A program made the position numbers and the translations under genes. DNA of 64,000 bases. It comes from Clostridiales bacterium (GTDB lineage Bacteria > Bacillota > Clostridia > Saccharofermentanales > Saccharofermentanaceae). The notes under the pieces are model-generated. The model was given only the letters and a program-made list of their open reading frames with translations. It ran no database searches and had not been told where the DNA came from. Position 1 is the stretch's first letter. Every line of letters starts with the position of its first letter. The DNA is taken from positions 160,001 to 224,000 of the forward strand of contig JAFWDK010000019.1 of the NCBI GenBank assembly GCA_017513085.1. The letters run 5' to 3'. Below are positions 52,328 through 63,171 of the stretch, piece after piece.

Positions 52328-52942
52328 TCATACGATCAACCATCCTTTTTCCACTGCTCGGTCGAGGTTCTTCTCGATCCACGCGTACACTTCCGGCATA
52401 AATTCCTTAATGATATGCGCGCGCTCCTCCACCTGCGATCTGACCGCGCCACCGTCACGCCATGTGTGGCCTTCCGTCAACGTGTTATGCAGAAGCGGCT
52501 GGCATCGGTCCAGGCAAGCTGCATATTTGGAATCGGTCGTTTCCATCGCATCGAATTCTTCCCACAACGCCCGAAGTTCCGCGCCCTGTTCCGGCGGAAG
52601 CTGTGCATAAAGCTTGTCGGCCGCGGCCGCTTCACGAGCTGCTTTACTGGCATTGCCTTCCACATCGTAAGCAAAAGTATCGCCGGCATAGATCTCGATG
52701 AGATCATGTACCACCAGCATCTTGATCGCACGTTCCACATTCGGTTCCTCGACGCAATACTCTTTAAAAAGCAACGCCATGACGGCGATGTGCCAGGAGT
52801 GTTCCGCGTCATTTTCGTGCCGCACGCCGGAGATCAGCATCGTCCTACGGTATATCTCCGTCATCTTATCGATCTCGGCCGTAAACTTCAACTGCTGATC
52901 CAGTCTCTTATTTCCCGAACTCAAAAAATCTTCAATGCCCAT
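52328..52942 (-). CDS. HD-domain hydrolase (HD_3, YfbR/HDDC2-like)
   Basis: ENDAEHSWH, VHDLIEIYAGD, LWEEF, DRCQP. Confidence 0.88.
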   Translation of the reverse strand: MGIEDFLSSGNKRLDQQLKFTAEIDKMTEIYRRTMLISGVRHENDAEHSWHIAVMALLFKEYCVEEPNVERAIKMLVVHDLIEIYAGDTFAYDVEGNASKAAREAAAADKLYAQLPPEQGAELRALWEEFDAMETTDSKYAACLDRCQPLLHNTLTEGHTWRDGGAVRSQVEERAHIIKEFMPEVYAWIEKNLDRAVEKGWLIV

Positions 52943-52951
52943 CTTTCCACC

Positions 52952-54193
52952 TCACACTTTCTTCACCACGATCTCGACCACGAAGCCGCCGCCTTCCCGG
53001 TTTCTCGCTTCGAGTCCGCCGCCCATACGATCCATAAAAAGCGACGCAAGATACAGACCCAGTCCGCTTCCGTCTTTTCCTGCCGCAAGACTTCCCCGAT
53101 AGAACTTCGAAGTCAGAAGGGGGATCTCATCCTCCGGCACGCCCGGCCCTCTGTCCATAAAGAGAACATGGACCTCATCGTCCTTTTCGGAGAACTCGAT
53201 CTCCAGCGGCGTGCCCGCATACTTAAACGAGTTGCCCGCGATGTTATCGACCACCTGTTCCAGACGTAGTTTGTCCACCAGGATCAGGCACTCCGGCACT
53301 TCATTCTTCTGCTCGACCGCACCGTAAAAACGAAGCTCCGACACAAAATCGGAAAGGATCTTCGAACTCTCCTCCGTTGGCTCGACCTTCAATTCTTCGA
53401 GCTCATCGAGTGTTGCCTTAAACATGTTATCGATCAGATGCTCGACCGACGTTGCTTTTGCCTTTATGACCGAGACCTTCTCGAGGATATCCGGATCCTT
53501 ATACTTGACCTCCATGACCTCGCACGTTGCCTTGATCGTCGACACCGGCGTTTTAATATCATGTGAAAGCTCCGCGACCAGTTCTTTTTTACTACGGCTC
53601 GCCTCGATCTCACGTTCTGAAGCGCGCTTGAGTTCCTCACGCATTCTGTCGAACGACTCGGTAAAAGCGCCGAAGTAATTGTGTTTCCGCATCTTAAGCG
53701 GCAGATCCAGGTTACCTTTGGAGACGTGCTCGGCAAACATTTTCAGATCGGAAAACGGACGCACAAACAGATACCACACAACAAAAAGCACGCCGAGCCC
53801 GAGTACCATCGCAATCGCTAATACCGCAAGTATCGTGCTCTTCTCTTCGCTCTCGCGTGTCCGGTATTCTTCCGTCCGTGCCGCAAAAGCGATCTTGCCC
53901 GCGATCTTCCCGTCTTTCACGTAGTCGAATACGGAATAGCCCTCGCGGATATAGTAACTGTTTTCAGATTCATACGTCTCATCGGAAAGGAGCGCGATCG
54001 AACACTTGTAGTTCTTCTCTAGTTCCTCCGGATCATTCCCGTCCCGAAGCCTCTGCGAGATCTCGTTGCTCATCGTGTTCAGCGTCAGCATATCGATCTC
54101 GTACACCTCGCGCACCTTGATGCGCTGGTTAAGATAGAAGCCGGCCAGCAGCAACACCAGTATGTAAATGATCGCGATATAGCGTACCTTCAT
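52952..54193 (-). CDS. HAMP-domain sensor histidine kinase
   Basis: Two TM, HAMP, LSHDIKTP H-box, N-box NSFKY, DRGPG, GSGLGL. Confidence 0.93.
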   Translation of the reverse strand: MKVRYIAIIYILVLLLAGFYLNQRIKVREVYEIDMLTLNTMSNEISQRLRDGNDPEELEKNYKCSIALLSDETYESENSYYIREGYSVFDYVKDGKIAGKIAFAARTEEYRTRESEEKSTILAVLAIAMVLGLGVLFVVWYLFVRPFSDLKMFAEHVSKGNLDLPLKMRKHNYFGAFTESFDRMREELKRASEREIEASRSKKELVAELSHDIKTPVSTIKATCEVMEVKYKDPDILEKVSVIKAKATSVEHLIDNMFKATLDELEELKVEPTEESSKILSDFVSELRFYGAVEQKNEVPECLILVDKLRLEQVVDNIAGNSFKYAGTPLEIEFSEKDDEVHVLFMDRGPGVPEDEIPLLTSKFYRGSLAAGKDGSGLGLYLASLFMDRMGGGLEARNREGGGFVVEIVVKKV

Positions 54194-54930
54194 GAAGGGA
54201 TCTCCAGCATATAGCCCGTGCCCCAGATCGTCTTGATGAACTTCGGCGAATTCGGATCCGCCTCGATCTTCTCACGAAGTCTCCGCACGTGCACATTCAG
54301 CGTACCGTCCGTATAGAACGAATCGCCCCAGACCTCCGAGAACAACTTCTCCTTGGTCACGATCGTATTTTTATTTTCATATAAACAAGAAAGCAGCTGA
54401 AATTCTTTTGCCTTGAGCGGGATGCTCTTTCCTTCCACGACCGCACTCATGGTCGCTTCGTCGATGGCAAAAGCAACGGCGCCTTTCGTCCCTGCGCCAT
54501 CCGCTCCTGCTGCACCCATGGCGCCCGATGCTTCCGCACCCGCATCGGCCATTCTTGCCTTCATGGTTTCCAGACGTTTGAGCTGCACTTTCACTTTGGC
54601 AAGAAGCACACTCAGCGTATATGGTTTTTTAATATAATCGTCCCCGCCGATGTTAAGCGCCACCAGCACGTCGTCATCACTCTGGCGCGCGCTGATAAAC
54701 AGGATCGGCGTATCGTATGTTTCCCGTAGCGTCTTGCAAAGCGCAAACCCGCTTTCATTTCCGAGATTAATATCCAGCAGGAAAACATCTGCCGTGTTCT
54801 CTTTCAGGAACGCCATGCACGACTCTGAATCCGCGACACTCTCACAAGTCACGCCGAACAGTTCAAAGTACTCTTTCGTCATCTTCGTCAGCTCGACTTC
54901 ATCATCGATCAGTAAACAGTTAACGTGCAT
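54190..54930 (-). CDS. OmpR-family response regulator
   Basis: IDDE, LLDINL, FISAR, DDYIKKP, VHVRRLREKIE, TIWGTGY; Ala/Gly-rich linker. Confidence 0.93.
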   Translation of the reverse strand: MHVNCLLIDDEVELTKMTKEYFELFGVTCESVADSESCMAFLKENTADVFLLDINLGNESGFALCKTLRETYDTPILFISARQSDDDVLVALNIGGDDYIKKPYTLSVLLAKVKVQLKRLETMKARMADAGAEASGAMGAAGADGAGTKGAVAFAIDEATMSAVVEGKSIPLKAKEFQLLSCLYENKNTIVTKEKLFSEVWGDSFYTDGTLNVHVRRLREKIEADPNSPKFIKTIWGTGYMLEIPS

Positions 54931-54991
54931 TCTTGAACACTCCTTCACCCGGTCTTTCTAAAGTATAGCACAAGTGCCCGTGAGACGGCGC

Positions 54992-55013
54992 AAGTAAGAA
55001 TTAAGTAAGAATT
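54992..55013. promoter_or_regulatory. Perfect tandem 11-bp direct repeat, putative response-regulator site
   Basis: AAGTAAGAATT x2 in the divergent regulator/ABC intergenic region, followed by degenerate copies. Confidence 0.6.
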
Positions 55014-55159
55014 GCACAAGATTCATGTAAAGCATTCTTTTCCCGGGAGTCGTAAACTGGCATTGTAAGAAACGAGGGAGCCGAGGCGGACGCGCCGGAA
55101 AGCCCACCCCAAGGAAACACAAAACCAAATCAGAAAACCGAAGAAGGAGAACATACAAT

Positions 55160-55987
55160 ATGCCAACGCAAGTCAACACAAAAGACACTACCTCCTCGAT
55201 GCAGAGAAAGGACGTACAGAACATGAACACAAAAGAATCCATTCTCCGTGCCAGAGATCTTTGCAAGACCTTCTCAAACGAAAGCATCCAGCAGCACGTA
55301 CTGAAGAACCTGAATCTGGAAATCAGAAAAGGCGACTTCACGGTCATCATGGGTGACTCCGGCGCAGGTAAATCCACACTGCTTTACGCCCTGTCCGGTA
55401 TGGACCGTCCGAGCCTCGGTTCCGTCGCTTACGGCACCGAAGAGATCTCCAAATACAGCAACGACAAGCTGGCTCTCTTTCGAAGAAAGCACTGCGGCTT
55501 CGTTTTCCAGCAGAACTATCTGAACAACACCATGAGCGTGCTTGACAACATCATCGTCTGCGGACTTCTGAAGAGTAAAAACAGAAAGCAGATCGCAGAG
55601 AAAGCGAAAAGACTTCTCTCGCAGGTCGGTCTTTCCGAAAACAGCTACAACAAGTTCCCGAACCAGCTTTCCGGCGGTGAACAGCAGCGTGTCGCACTGG
55701 TACGCTCCGTCATCAACGAACCGGAGATCCTTTTCGCCGACGAGCCGACAGGCGCACTCAACTCCCAGAACACCAACGCCGTTCTCGACGTTCTCTCCGA
55801 ATTGAACGAGCGCGGTCAGAGCATCGTCATGGTCACCCACACCATCGCTGCTGCCGAACGAGGCAACCGCATCCTGTATCTCCGTGACGGTGTGATCTGC
55901 GATGAGATCGAACTTTCCCGCTACGAAGGCAAAGATCAGGAACGTCACCGCGCACTCCGCGCATTTCTGCAGAACATGGGGTGGTAA
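55160..55987 (+). CDS. ABC transporter ATP-binding protein (LolD/MacB type)
   Basis: [29 protein letters not shown]; alternative start at 55223. Confidence 0.93.
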   Translation: MPTQVNTKDTTSSMQRKDVQNMNTKESILRARDLCKTFSNESIQQHVLKNLNLEIRKGDFTVIMGDSGAGKSTLLYALSGMDRPSLGSVAYGTEEISKYSNDKLALFRRKHCGFVFQQNYLNNTMSVLDNIIVCGLLKSKNRKQIAEKAKRLLSQVGLSENSYNKFPNQLSGGEQQRVALVRSVINEPEILFADEPTGALNSQNTNAVLDVLSELNERGQSIVMVTHTIAAAERGNRILYLRDGVICDEIELSRYEGKDQERHRALRAFLQNMGW

Positions 55988-55990
55988 GAT

Positions 55991-58330
55991 ATGTATTCAC
56001 TTTTTTTCATTGCAAGAAATAATATCAAGAAACACAAGGGCGAGGTCGCGATCCTTTTTATCCTGATCTTCCTGGCTGCATTCCTTCTCTTTACGAGTCT
56101 CTCCCTGATGCTCTCCGGCCAGAGCACCATCGATACATGCACTGAGAAGTATCACACATCCGACATTGTCATCTTCCAGCCTACGGGACTTACTGCGGAA
56201 GAAACCTGCGACATCGTCAAATCGATCCCGGGCTCCGATCTTGTCGAATCCGCTCCGGTCATCAACTGGAATGCAAACTATTACTACGGAAACAAAAGCG
56301 CCGACGAATCGACGGCCTACATGTTTTTCCTGACCGATGCATCCAGGCCGACGTATCTTAATTCGCTTCCCGAGATCTGCAACGATCTGAAAGATGACGA
56401 GATCGTGATCCCCTACAATCAGATCGCCTCTGTAGGGATCGGTGACAAGATGCACATCATCGGAAACGGCATGGATCTTGAATTTACGGTCAAAGGCTAT
56501 CTGGAAAATATGTACTTTGCCACGTCCATGAATATCTCCGGTTTCTTCTGTGCCGTCAGCCACAACACGTACGAAAAGATCTCCGACAATCTGCACCCCT
56601 CCTACACAGGAAGCTTCGTATACAGCCGCCTGAAAGACGGTGTAGACGAAGATGCATACGACAAAGCCGTAACAGGTGCTTTTGACGTAGCACACAAGCC
56701 AAACACCGTAGTAAGATCTGTCGTCCTCGCGGGCACAAGCATGCTCTCGAACATTGCTTCCTCGATCGTTCTGACATTCACTGTCATACTTGTCGGCCTT
56801 GCATTGATCATCATGCACTTCTCCATCAAGAACTTCATCGAGATGAACATTCAAAACATCGGGCTCCTTCAGGCCAGCGGATACAGCAGCCGTGCTCTCC
56901 GTTTCGCCTGCGTGCTCGAAGAAATGATCATCTGCGTGCTGGCCACCGTGGCCGCCGTCGGTGTCGGTCTTTTGATCACCTCCCCGCTCAACTCCCTGCA
57001 GGGCATCCTGAAGGGTCTGTCCGGCTTCAAAGGCATCTGCATCCCGGCACTTTTCGTCACCTTGATCTTTGTCCCGGTCGCCGTTTTCCTGGGCACACTT
57101 CTCGCGTCAAGAAGCTACAAGAAACTCACCGTTCTGGAGTCTCTCCGAAGCGGCATCTCCAGCCACAACTTCAAGAAGAATTACTGCCCGCTCGAAAAGA
57201 GCAAGCTCCCGTTGAACCTGGCTCTTTCTTTCAAGCAGATCCTCGGCAGCAAGAAAAAGAACTTGTTCATCGCCTTGATCATGGCATGCCTGACTGTATC
57301 CACCTGCCTCGGCTTCTCACTCTACGAGAATTTCGGTCTGGATCAGAAGCCTCTTCTGGAGCTGGTCGGCTTTGAGACCGGTGACCTCCAGACAGTGATC
57401 ACAGACGATCCGACGGTCATGGATACTCTTCGTGCCGATGACCGTGTCGATCACCTTCTCAAAAACGGTTCACTCGCGAGCATCGATGTCATGCTCATGG
57501 ACAACTTCACCACTCTGACCGTCGATACCTACGACGATCTGTCCAAGCTGGAATACGAATCCATTCTGGAAGGTCATACTCCGGGCAAAGCGGACGAGAT
57601 CATCCTGACTTGTGTCGAGGCTGACAAGCTCCACGCGAAGATCGGCGATATCGTGAATGTCAAAGGTCAGACCGGCGATTCCATCCCGTTCACGGTCTGC
57701 GGCATCGACCAGAAGATCAACAACCTCGGAAATAAAGCCATGGTAACGGAAGCAGGCGCTATGCGCATCAACCCTGAATTCGAGATGACGAATGTCATCA
57801 TTTACCTCAAAGACGGTATTTCCCCAAGAGACTTCAGTAAAGAGCTTACTATGAAGCACCCCAAGAGCACCACGCTTCTGGTACAGGATCTCATCGGCAA
57901 CACCATCGACTCTCTTTGTGGTGCCATGAATACCATCTGCGTGATCTTCGTCATCATGACCTGCTTCGTCGTCATCCTGACCGAGATCCTCCTTACAAGA
58001 TCCCAGATCATCCGTGAAAGATCCGAACTGGGCGTCAGCAAAGCGATCGGTTACACCTCCGGCGAACTCGTCCGACGCACGATCCTCAGCACCCTGCCGA
58101 CTGTCATCTTCGGTATTTGCCTCGGCTACCTCCTGCACATCACGATCGCAAACAAGGTGATGTACATCGGTCTGGCTTCCTTCGGAATCAAGCAGCCGAA
58201 CCTGACCTCCAACCCGATCTGGTTCCTGGTCACCATGGTCATCATCGTCAGCTGCGCCGTACTCACGAGCTACCTCAACAGCAGAAGCATCAGCAAGCTC
58301 GAGCCGGTACGCATCCTGAAGGAAGACTGA
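55991..58330 (+). CDS. FtsX-like ABC permease (duplicated MacB/FtsX architecture)
   Basis: IGLLQASGYS and LGVSKAIGYT motifs, eight TM helices, two extracellular domains. Confidence 0.9.
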   Translation: MYSLFFIARNNIKKHKGEVAILFILIFLAAFLLFTSLSLMLSGQSTIDTCTEKYHTSDIVIFQPTGLTAEETCDIVKSIPGSDLVESAPVINWNANYYYGNKSADESTAYMFFLTDASRPTYLNSLPEICNDLKDDEIVIPYNQIASVGIGDKMHIIGNGMDLEFTVKGYLENMYFATSMNISGFFCAVSHNTYEKISDNLHPSYTGSFVYSRLKDGVDEDAYDKAVTGAFDVAHKPNTVVRSVVLAGTSMLSNIASSIVLTFTVILVGLALIIMHFSIKNFIEMNIQNIGLLQASGYSSRALRFACVLEEMIICVLATVAAVGVGLLITSPLNSLQGILKGLSGFKGICIPALFVTLIFVPVAVFLGTLLASRSYKKLTVLESLRSGISSHNFKKNYCPLEKSKLPLNLALSFKQILGSKKKNLFIALIMACLTVSTCLGFSLYENFGLDQKPLLELVGFETGDLQTVITDDPTVMDTLRADDRVDHLLKNGSLASIDVMLMDNFTTLTVDTYDDLSKLEYESILEGHTPGKADEIILTCVEADKLHAKIGDIVNVKGQTGDSIPFTVCGIDQKINNLGNKAMVTEAGAMRINPEFEMTNVIIYLKDGISPRDFSKELTMKHPKSTTLLVQDLIGNTIDSLCGAMNTICVIFVIMTCFVVILTEILLTRSQIIRERSELGVSKAIGYTSGELVRRTILSTLPTVIFGICLGYLLHITIANKVMYIGLASFGIKQPNLTSNPIWFLVTMVIIVSCAVLTSYLNSRSISKLEPVRILKED

Positions 58331-58380
58331 TCCTGATCCGCCGATCCTTCAGCAAAAGCACTGAGGCACAAAAACAACAG

Positions 58381-58439
58381 AAAAGCCGCTGTTCCTTTCG
58401 CCCGGGTTTCCCCGAAGCGAGAAGAGCAGCGGCTCTTTT
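58381..58439. terminator. Probable bidirectional terminator
   Basis: AAAAGCCGCTGTTC..GAGCAGCGGCTCTTTT stem-loop between convergent genes. Confidence 0.7.
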
Positions 58440-58475
58440 CACTGATGCTATATTTTCTCCGTTCCTATCTCACGC

Positions 58476-60146
58476 TTATTTGGAAACCACTCTGAAGAGT
58501 TGCAGTCCTTCGATCGTATCTACCACTTCACTCTTCACATCCCCATAGTGTTCTTTAAGATAGGTCACGATCCGGGCACGATACGCCGAATTGGCAAGAA
58601 CATACACCTTTGGATTATCCACCATATCCCGGAACGGATTGGAGATACCATACTTTTTAAGACTCATATTAGAGATCGGCGAACGAGTCATCCATCCTCC
58701 CAAAAGGTAAGTATTTTCGTAAAATCCCATCGGGTACTCATCCGTAAAATGGTAGATCGAAACAGTCATATCTCCGTATGTCTGCGACAGATACAGATGA
58801 TCCTGATCCGCAAAGAACCGCTCATACATGGCAAGGTAGTTTTTTCTCTCCGGCGTCATATCACGTGCCGTGCTTGTGACATTCTGCGCCATGGTTCCGA
58901 TATTCAGCGCCAATGCTCCCAACGCCAGATATACGAAAAACGATTTCTTGATCGTTGCTTTTTCTTCCTTTTTCGGGAAGATAAACAGACTCAACATCAC
59001 AAAAACCGATACGGCTACGACCAGATCCACCCGTCTCATCAGAAATCGCTGGACGATCGCGAAATACAGATTAAAGAATCCCACCACAACGCCAGCCGGA
59101 ATAAGCGCCAGCAAGGCTTTCTTTTCCCAGTACCCGACAAGTACCGCAAGCACCAGCACAGCAATACTGAACCGGTATTGAAGGAATCCCGGCACGATCT
59201 GCTTGCAAAAAGAAGACAAAACGGTCTTCGCATCCGCGTTTTTCTTGATGGAATTCACTTCTTTCATAAGCTCTGTCGTCACAAACTCCGGATCATCGAA
59301 AGTCCAGTGTGAAAACAGGTAGTAGTCATTTGCCGAAATACCTAGAGAATGATAAAACTCTTCATTCTGATCGTAATCCGCCCAAGGCCTATCCGTAAAT
59401 ACTCCGCGCACTTCGTTATACTCCCGGAACGCATTCCATTCCGGATCGTTTTTGTAAGCGGCCGCGTCGTAAAGCCGGGCAGCATACCCGATGCCCAGGA
59501 CAGCCAGCACGACCGAACCGATCACGGCGATACGCTTCAGGCCCGGCTTGGTCAGCAGGATATACAGCAAGAAGAAAACGCCAGCAGCAAACAACGCAAT
59601 CAGAAAAGAATAGAAACGGATCATGGAACCGGTAAAAGCAAGTAAACCTCCCAGCACGATCTGAAACCAGGACAGTTTCCTGGCGGAAGTATTCAGAAGG
59701 ATGACCGCAAGTCCACAGATCGAAGCAAAACCTGCCGTTTTTGTGAATGTGACATTCACATAGCACTCATAAAGCAGGAAAACATAAAAAAGCGCCACAC
59801 ATACATATGCACGCTTGTCACCTCGCTTCTTGTCCAGCAGGGTATATGAAAATGCCATGGAAGAAACAAACAAAGTGGACATATGGAAGATCACGTACCA
59901 GTTCACACTATGACACGCTGTATAAAGCAGAACCAGCACCCGACCGATCAGAATATTCGAATACACCATATGCGGATCACACTTGCCGTAAAGGCCGGAG
60001 ACGATCCCCATCATGGCAAAATCATCGTTGATCTCATAATGCGTATGGCAAAAAAGCAGACAGAAAGCCATAAAAGCTCCGTTGACCGCAAGCAGAACAA
60101 GCAAGCGGATGATTCTTGACTTGTCCGGTTTCCATTTTCTTTCCAT
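58476..60146 (-). CDS. Polytopic membrane protein (possible GT-C-fold)
   Basis: About 12 hydrophobic segments, NDD after TM1, large loop and C-terminal soluble domain. Confidence 0.6.
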   Translation of the reverse strand: MERKWKPDKSRIIRLLVLLAVNGAFMAFCLLFCHTHYEINDDFAMMGIVSGLYGKCDPHMVYSNILIGRVLVLLYTACHSVNWYVIFHMSTLFVSSMAFSYTLLDKKRGDKRAYVCVALFYVFLLYECYVNVTFTKTAGFASICGLAVILLNTSARKLSWFQIVLGGLLAFTGSMIRFYSFLIALFAAGVFFLLYILLTKPGLKRIAVIGSVVLAVLGIGYAARLYDAAAYKNDPEWNAFREYNEVRGVFTDRPWADYDQNEEFYHSLGISANDYYLFSHWTFDDPEFVTTELMKEVNSIKKNADAKTVLSSFCKQIVPGFLQYRFSIAVLVLAVLVGYWEKKALLALIPAGVVVGFFNLYFAIVQRFLMRRVDLVVAVSVFVMLSLFIFPKKEEKATIKKSFFVYLALGALALNIGTMAQNVTSTARDMTPERKNYLAMYERFFADQDHLYLSQTYGDMTVSIYHFTDEYPMGFYENTYLLGGWMTRSPISNMSLKKYGISNPFRDMVDNPKVYVLANSAYRARIVTYLKEHYGDVKSEVVDTIEGLQLFRVVSK

Positions 60147-60189
60147 CGGCTTTTCCCCCTATCACAAAAAAGATTCGGCAACCACGTTC

Positions 60190-61374
60190 TTACTTCTTCA
60201 CCACAACATCCATGATCTTATTTCCACAATACTTGCAGACATAGTTCTCGTCCACCGCGCCATTGATCGGCGAAGCACAACTCGGACAGTGATCTTTGAC
60301 GATTTTCTTAGCAAGCGCGATCTTCAGGACCGAATCGTGCACCTCAAGCGTACAATGATTCAGATAACCTTGACGGATGGATCCACGCACTTTGCTGATC
60401 TTTCCGGACTTTGACGAATCCATGCTCTGAAGCTCCTCAGCCTTAATGAAAGGCTTATCAAACTTAGCAAAAAATGCCGCAAAAGCACCGGACGATCTTA
60501 TGCAGCGGGCGCTTTTGACACGGCGGATGAACAGGATGACCATGATCACTGTGAAGAACACGCCGAACAATGCCGTCGACAGCAGATCCGCTTTGATCGC
60601 CGAGAACGAACGCACCTTCGTTTCCGGAGCAAGGATCGCCTTTCGCAGATAATCCTGGTCGTTATACTTGCCAAGCATATCGAAAGACATAATCGTCAGG
60701 ATCGTCGCTGCAGCAATCGAGATAATGATCAGAATGATGGAAGCCGCATACTTCGACGCAAGTCCCCGTCCTTCATAATAGGAAGGGCGGTTGACACCCT
60801 GCTTGATCTCATTGGAAATACTGTAGAAACGATCGCCGGAAAGTACTTTGGCAAAGATATCCGGGCTACCGCAGTATGGGCATTGTCCGGTAAAGTACAG
60901 TTTCTTCTCGATGCCCGCGCCGCAATTCTTGCACTCGCAGAGGATCTTTTTGCTGAAGAGCTCTACCTGCTCAACACCGTCAATCGTCTTGATGCTGAAT
61001 TTCTTCATGTAAAGAATGCGGAAAAGACGAAGCTCAAGTCTCACCCGAAGTTGGGAATGACCGGTCACTTCAGCAAGCGCGCTGATCGGGATCGTGCCGG
61101 AAAGATCTCCTTCAAAATAACTGGAGTAGAATCTGGCATCGCCGATCAGCTTGCGTGAAATACACACGATCAGAAGCACGATCGCGCCAACAATGATGCC
61201 ACGGATACTTCCCGGCATAGACTTTGCATTCAGAGCTGTGTCAATGTCGTCCCGATAGTAGATCAAAAGATCAACTGCAAGATAAGCGAGAACGGCAATT
61301 TGAAACACGCTTAGTATGAACAGAATAATGTTTTTGATCTTGAAAGCAACTAGTGCCTTATTCTTCAGATACAT
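60190..61374 (-). CDS. Membrane protein with two tandem (2TM + zinc ribbon) modules
   Basis: CKNC..CPYC and CPSC..CKYC, each following a TM pair; ATG at 61374 with AGGAG. Confidence 0.7.
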   Translation of the reverse strand: MYLKNKALVAFKIKNIILFILSVFQIAVLAYLAVDLLIYYRDDIDTALNAKSMPGSIRGIIVGAIVLLIVCISRKLIGDARFYSSYFEGDLSGTIPISALAEVTGHSQLRVRLELRLFRILYMKKFSIKTIDGVEQVELFSKKILCECKNCGAGIEKKLYFTGQCPYCGSPDIFAKVLSGDRFYSISNEIKQGVNRPSYYEGRGLASKYAASIILIIISIAAATILTIMSFDMLGKYNDQDYLRKAILAPETKVRSFSAIKADLLSTALFGVFFTVIMVILFIRRVKSARCIRSSGAFAAFFAKFDKPFIKAEELQSMDSSKSGKISKVRGSIRQGYLNHCTLEVHDSVLKIALAKKIVKDHCPSCASPINGAVDENYVCKYCGNKIMDVVVKK

Positions 61375-61401
61375 TCCGGAGTCTCCTTTTCTCTGGCTCA
61401 A

Positions 61402-63171
61402 TCATCCGATTTGATCCGGTAACATGTCCTTGCTAAAGAACAGTTCGATTACTTTATTTAATTCTTCGTTATCTTCTCCGGCCAGTTCATACACTACAGA
61501 GAAGAAATCCACCTGATCCGCGTTTTGGAAAGCATATCGCTGGATGTACTCACGAAGGATGCCGTAGAAGTCCTCTTCGCCTATAGCTTCGCCCATCCAG
61601 ATGAGCGCCTGTTTTCCATAGTTGTAAGCAGCCAAAATATACTGGATCTCTTGATCGAACTCGAAATAGGAGCGGTTGATCGGGCTGATACCATTCTGTT
61701 GTAATACCTGTTTCGACTGGTCCCAGGCACTTGCAGTCTTCGGGATAGACTGACTGTCATTATAGACACCGTAAAGTGTTTTGCCATAAATATATTCCGT
61801 ATAAGAAGTGATCGACTCATCGAGCCATGGCTGTGTGCCGGAATTACTGCCCACGATACCCATGAACCACTGGTGACCGATCTCATGAGAAACAACCGTG
61901 TCAGCGGTAGTCTTAATAATTTCCTTCACAAAATCCGAATTGGCGCCCATGCTTGAAGGGATATCATCTTTTGTGATGATGATCAGGTTCGGATACTCCA
62001 TTCCACCTGCATCGATCGGAGCAAGAATCACTTCCAGATCTTTGTACGGGTATTTACCCAGTTTTTCACCGAAAATACGGAGCGAGTCGATCGATGCACG
62101 CAAGCTCTCGTCAGCAAGCAGCTTATCGACATCCTGGTTTTCCTCAACATAAGCTACACGGATGTGCACATCCTCAAAATCGCCTTCGACAAGTTGGAAG
62201 TCTTTGCTTGTGCTGAAAACAAAATCTCTTACACAGTCCGCATGGAAACTCTGTGTCTTCTTGTCGCCGTCAGTAGTATCCCCGTTTTCAAGACCCGTCG
62301 TAAGAAGGATCATATCCTTCGGAAGAGTGATATTGACGTCGTAATCAGAAATCTCGGAGTAGAAGCACTCACCGCAGTTGTAGAATTTTTCGTGTGACCA
62401 TCCGTCCTTGGTGTATTCGGCAAGGATCGGGTAGAAATTAGTAACATTATACACGCCATCCTGTACGCCGTAGCGGTCCGCCACAGTCGGGATCTTCGCT
62501 TCAAAATCATACGACAGTGTCATTTTCTCGCCCGGAGCCAGCTCCGACTCAAGCGGGAGCCATACAACGGAAACATCATCGTCACGCTGCATCTTGATTT
62601 TCTTATTGTTTCTTCCATCTGTAATGTTTTCAATTTTGGTGGTGTCACCATGCGTCTCGATCGCACCATCGTAGCCGGCAGTCTTCGCATCAATAAAAAG
62701 ACTGGAGTAATCACGCAGACAAAGCTTGTCCCAATCCTCTTCGCTGTCGTTAAAGAACACAAACTCGACATGTCCGCCGATCGTGTTGTTCTCCGGATCC
62801 AATGTCAGATCCATCGTGTAGTGGTAGCGGTCCTCCTGCTTCTTAAGATCGATCTCGCAGTTTTTCTCCGGAACACTTCCCTTAAGCTTACTCTCCGTCT
62901 CTTGCGAACTCTCTTCCGACTCGGTTGTTTCGGACGTTTCCTCTGTCGTTTCCTCTGTCGTTTCTTCTGTCTCCTCAGTCGTCTCTTTAGTCGGCTTTTC
63001 GGTAGTCTCTTCCGGTTCGGAGTCATTCTCTTCCGTCGTAGATTCCTCCTCGGCCTCAGTCGTTTGCTTCTCTTTCTTCGAGGTTTCTCTTGCCAGCATT
63101 CTGCAAGCTGCAGCCGGCAAAACCATGGAAGCTGTCAGAAACAGCGCGATCAATTTCACTGATTTTTTCAT
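61402..63171 (-). CDS. M1-family zinc aminopeptidase lipoprotein
   Basis: Lipobox-like PAAAC, Glu/Thr-rich linker, GGMEYP, HEIGHQWF..WLDES. Confidence 0.88.
   Translation of the reverse strand: MKKSVKLIALFLTASMVLPAAACRMLARETSKKEKQTTEAEEESTTEENDSEPEETTEKPTKETTEETEETTEETTEETSETTESEESSQETESKLKGSVPEKNCEIDLKKQEDRYHYTMDLTLDPENNTIGGHVEFVFFNDSEEDWDKLCLRDYSSLFIDAKTAGYDGAIETHGDTTKIENITDGRNNKKIKMQRDDDVSVVWLPLESELAPGEKMTLSYDFEAKIPTVADRYGVQDGVYNVTNFYPILAEYTKDGWSHEKFYNCGECFYSEISDYDVNITLPKDMILLTTGLENGDTTDGDKKTQSFHADCVRDFVFSTSKDFQLVEGDFEDVHIRVAYVEENQDVDKLLADESLRASIDSLRIFGEKLGKYPYKDLEVILAPIDAGGMEYPNLIIITKDDIPSSMGANSDFVKEIIKTTADTVVSHEIGHQWFMGIVGSNSGTQPWLDESITSYTEYIYGKTLYGVYNDSQSIPKTASAWDQSKQVLQQNGISPINRSYFEFDQEIQYILAAYNYGKQALIWMGEAIGEEDFYGILREYIQRYAFQNADQVDFFSVVYELAGEDNEELNKVIELFFSKDMLPDQIG

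Noticed and set aside
55060-55115. GC-rich leader before the ABC ATPase as a riboswitch
   Set aside because: Only a small GGCG/CGCC hairpin; no match to ZTP, ykkC, c-di-GMP or other consensus that I can recognise
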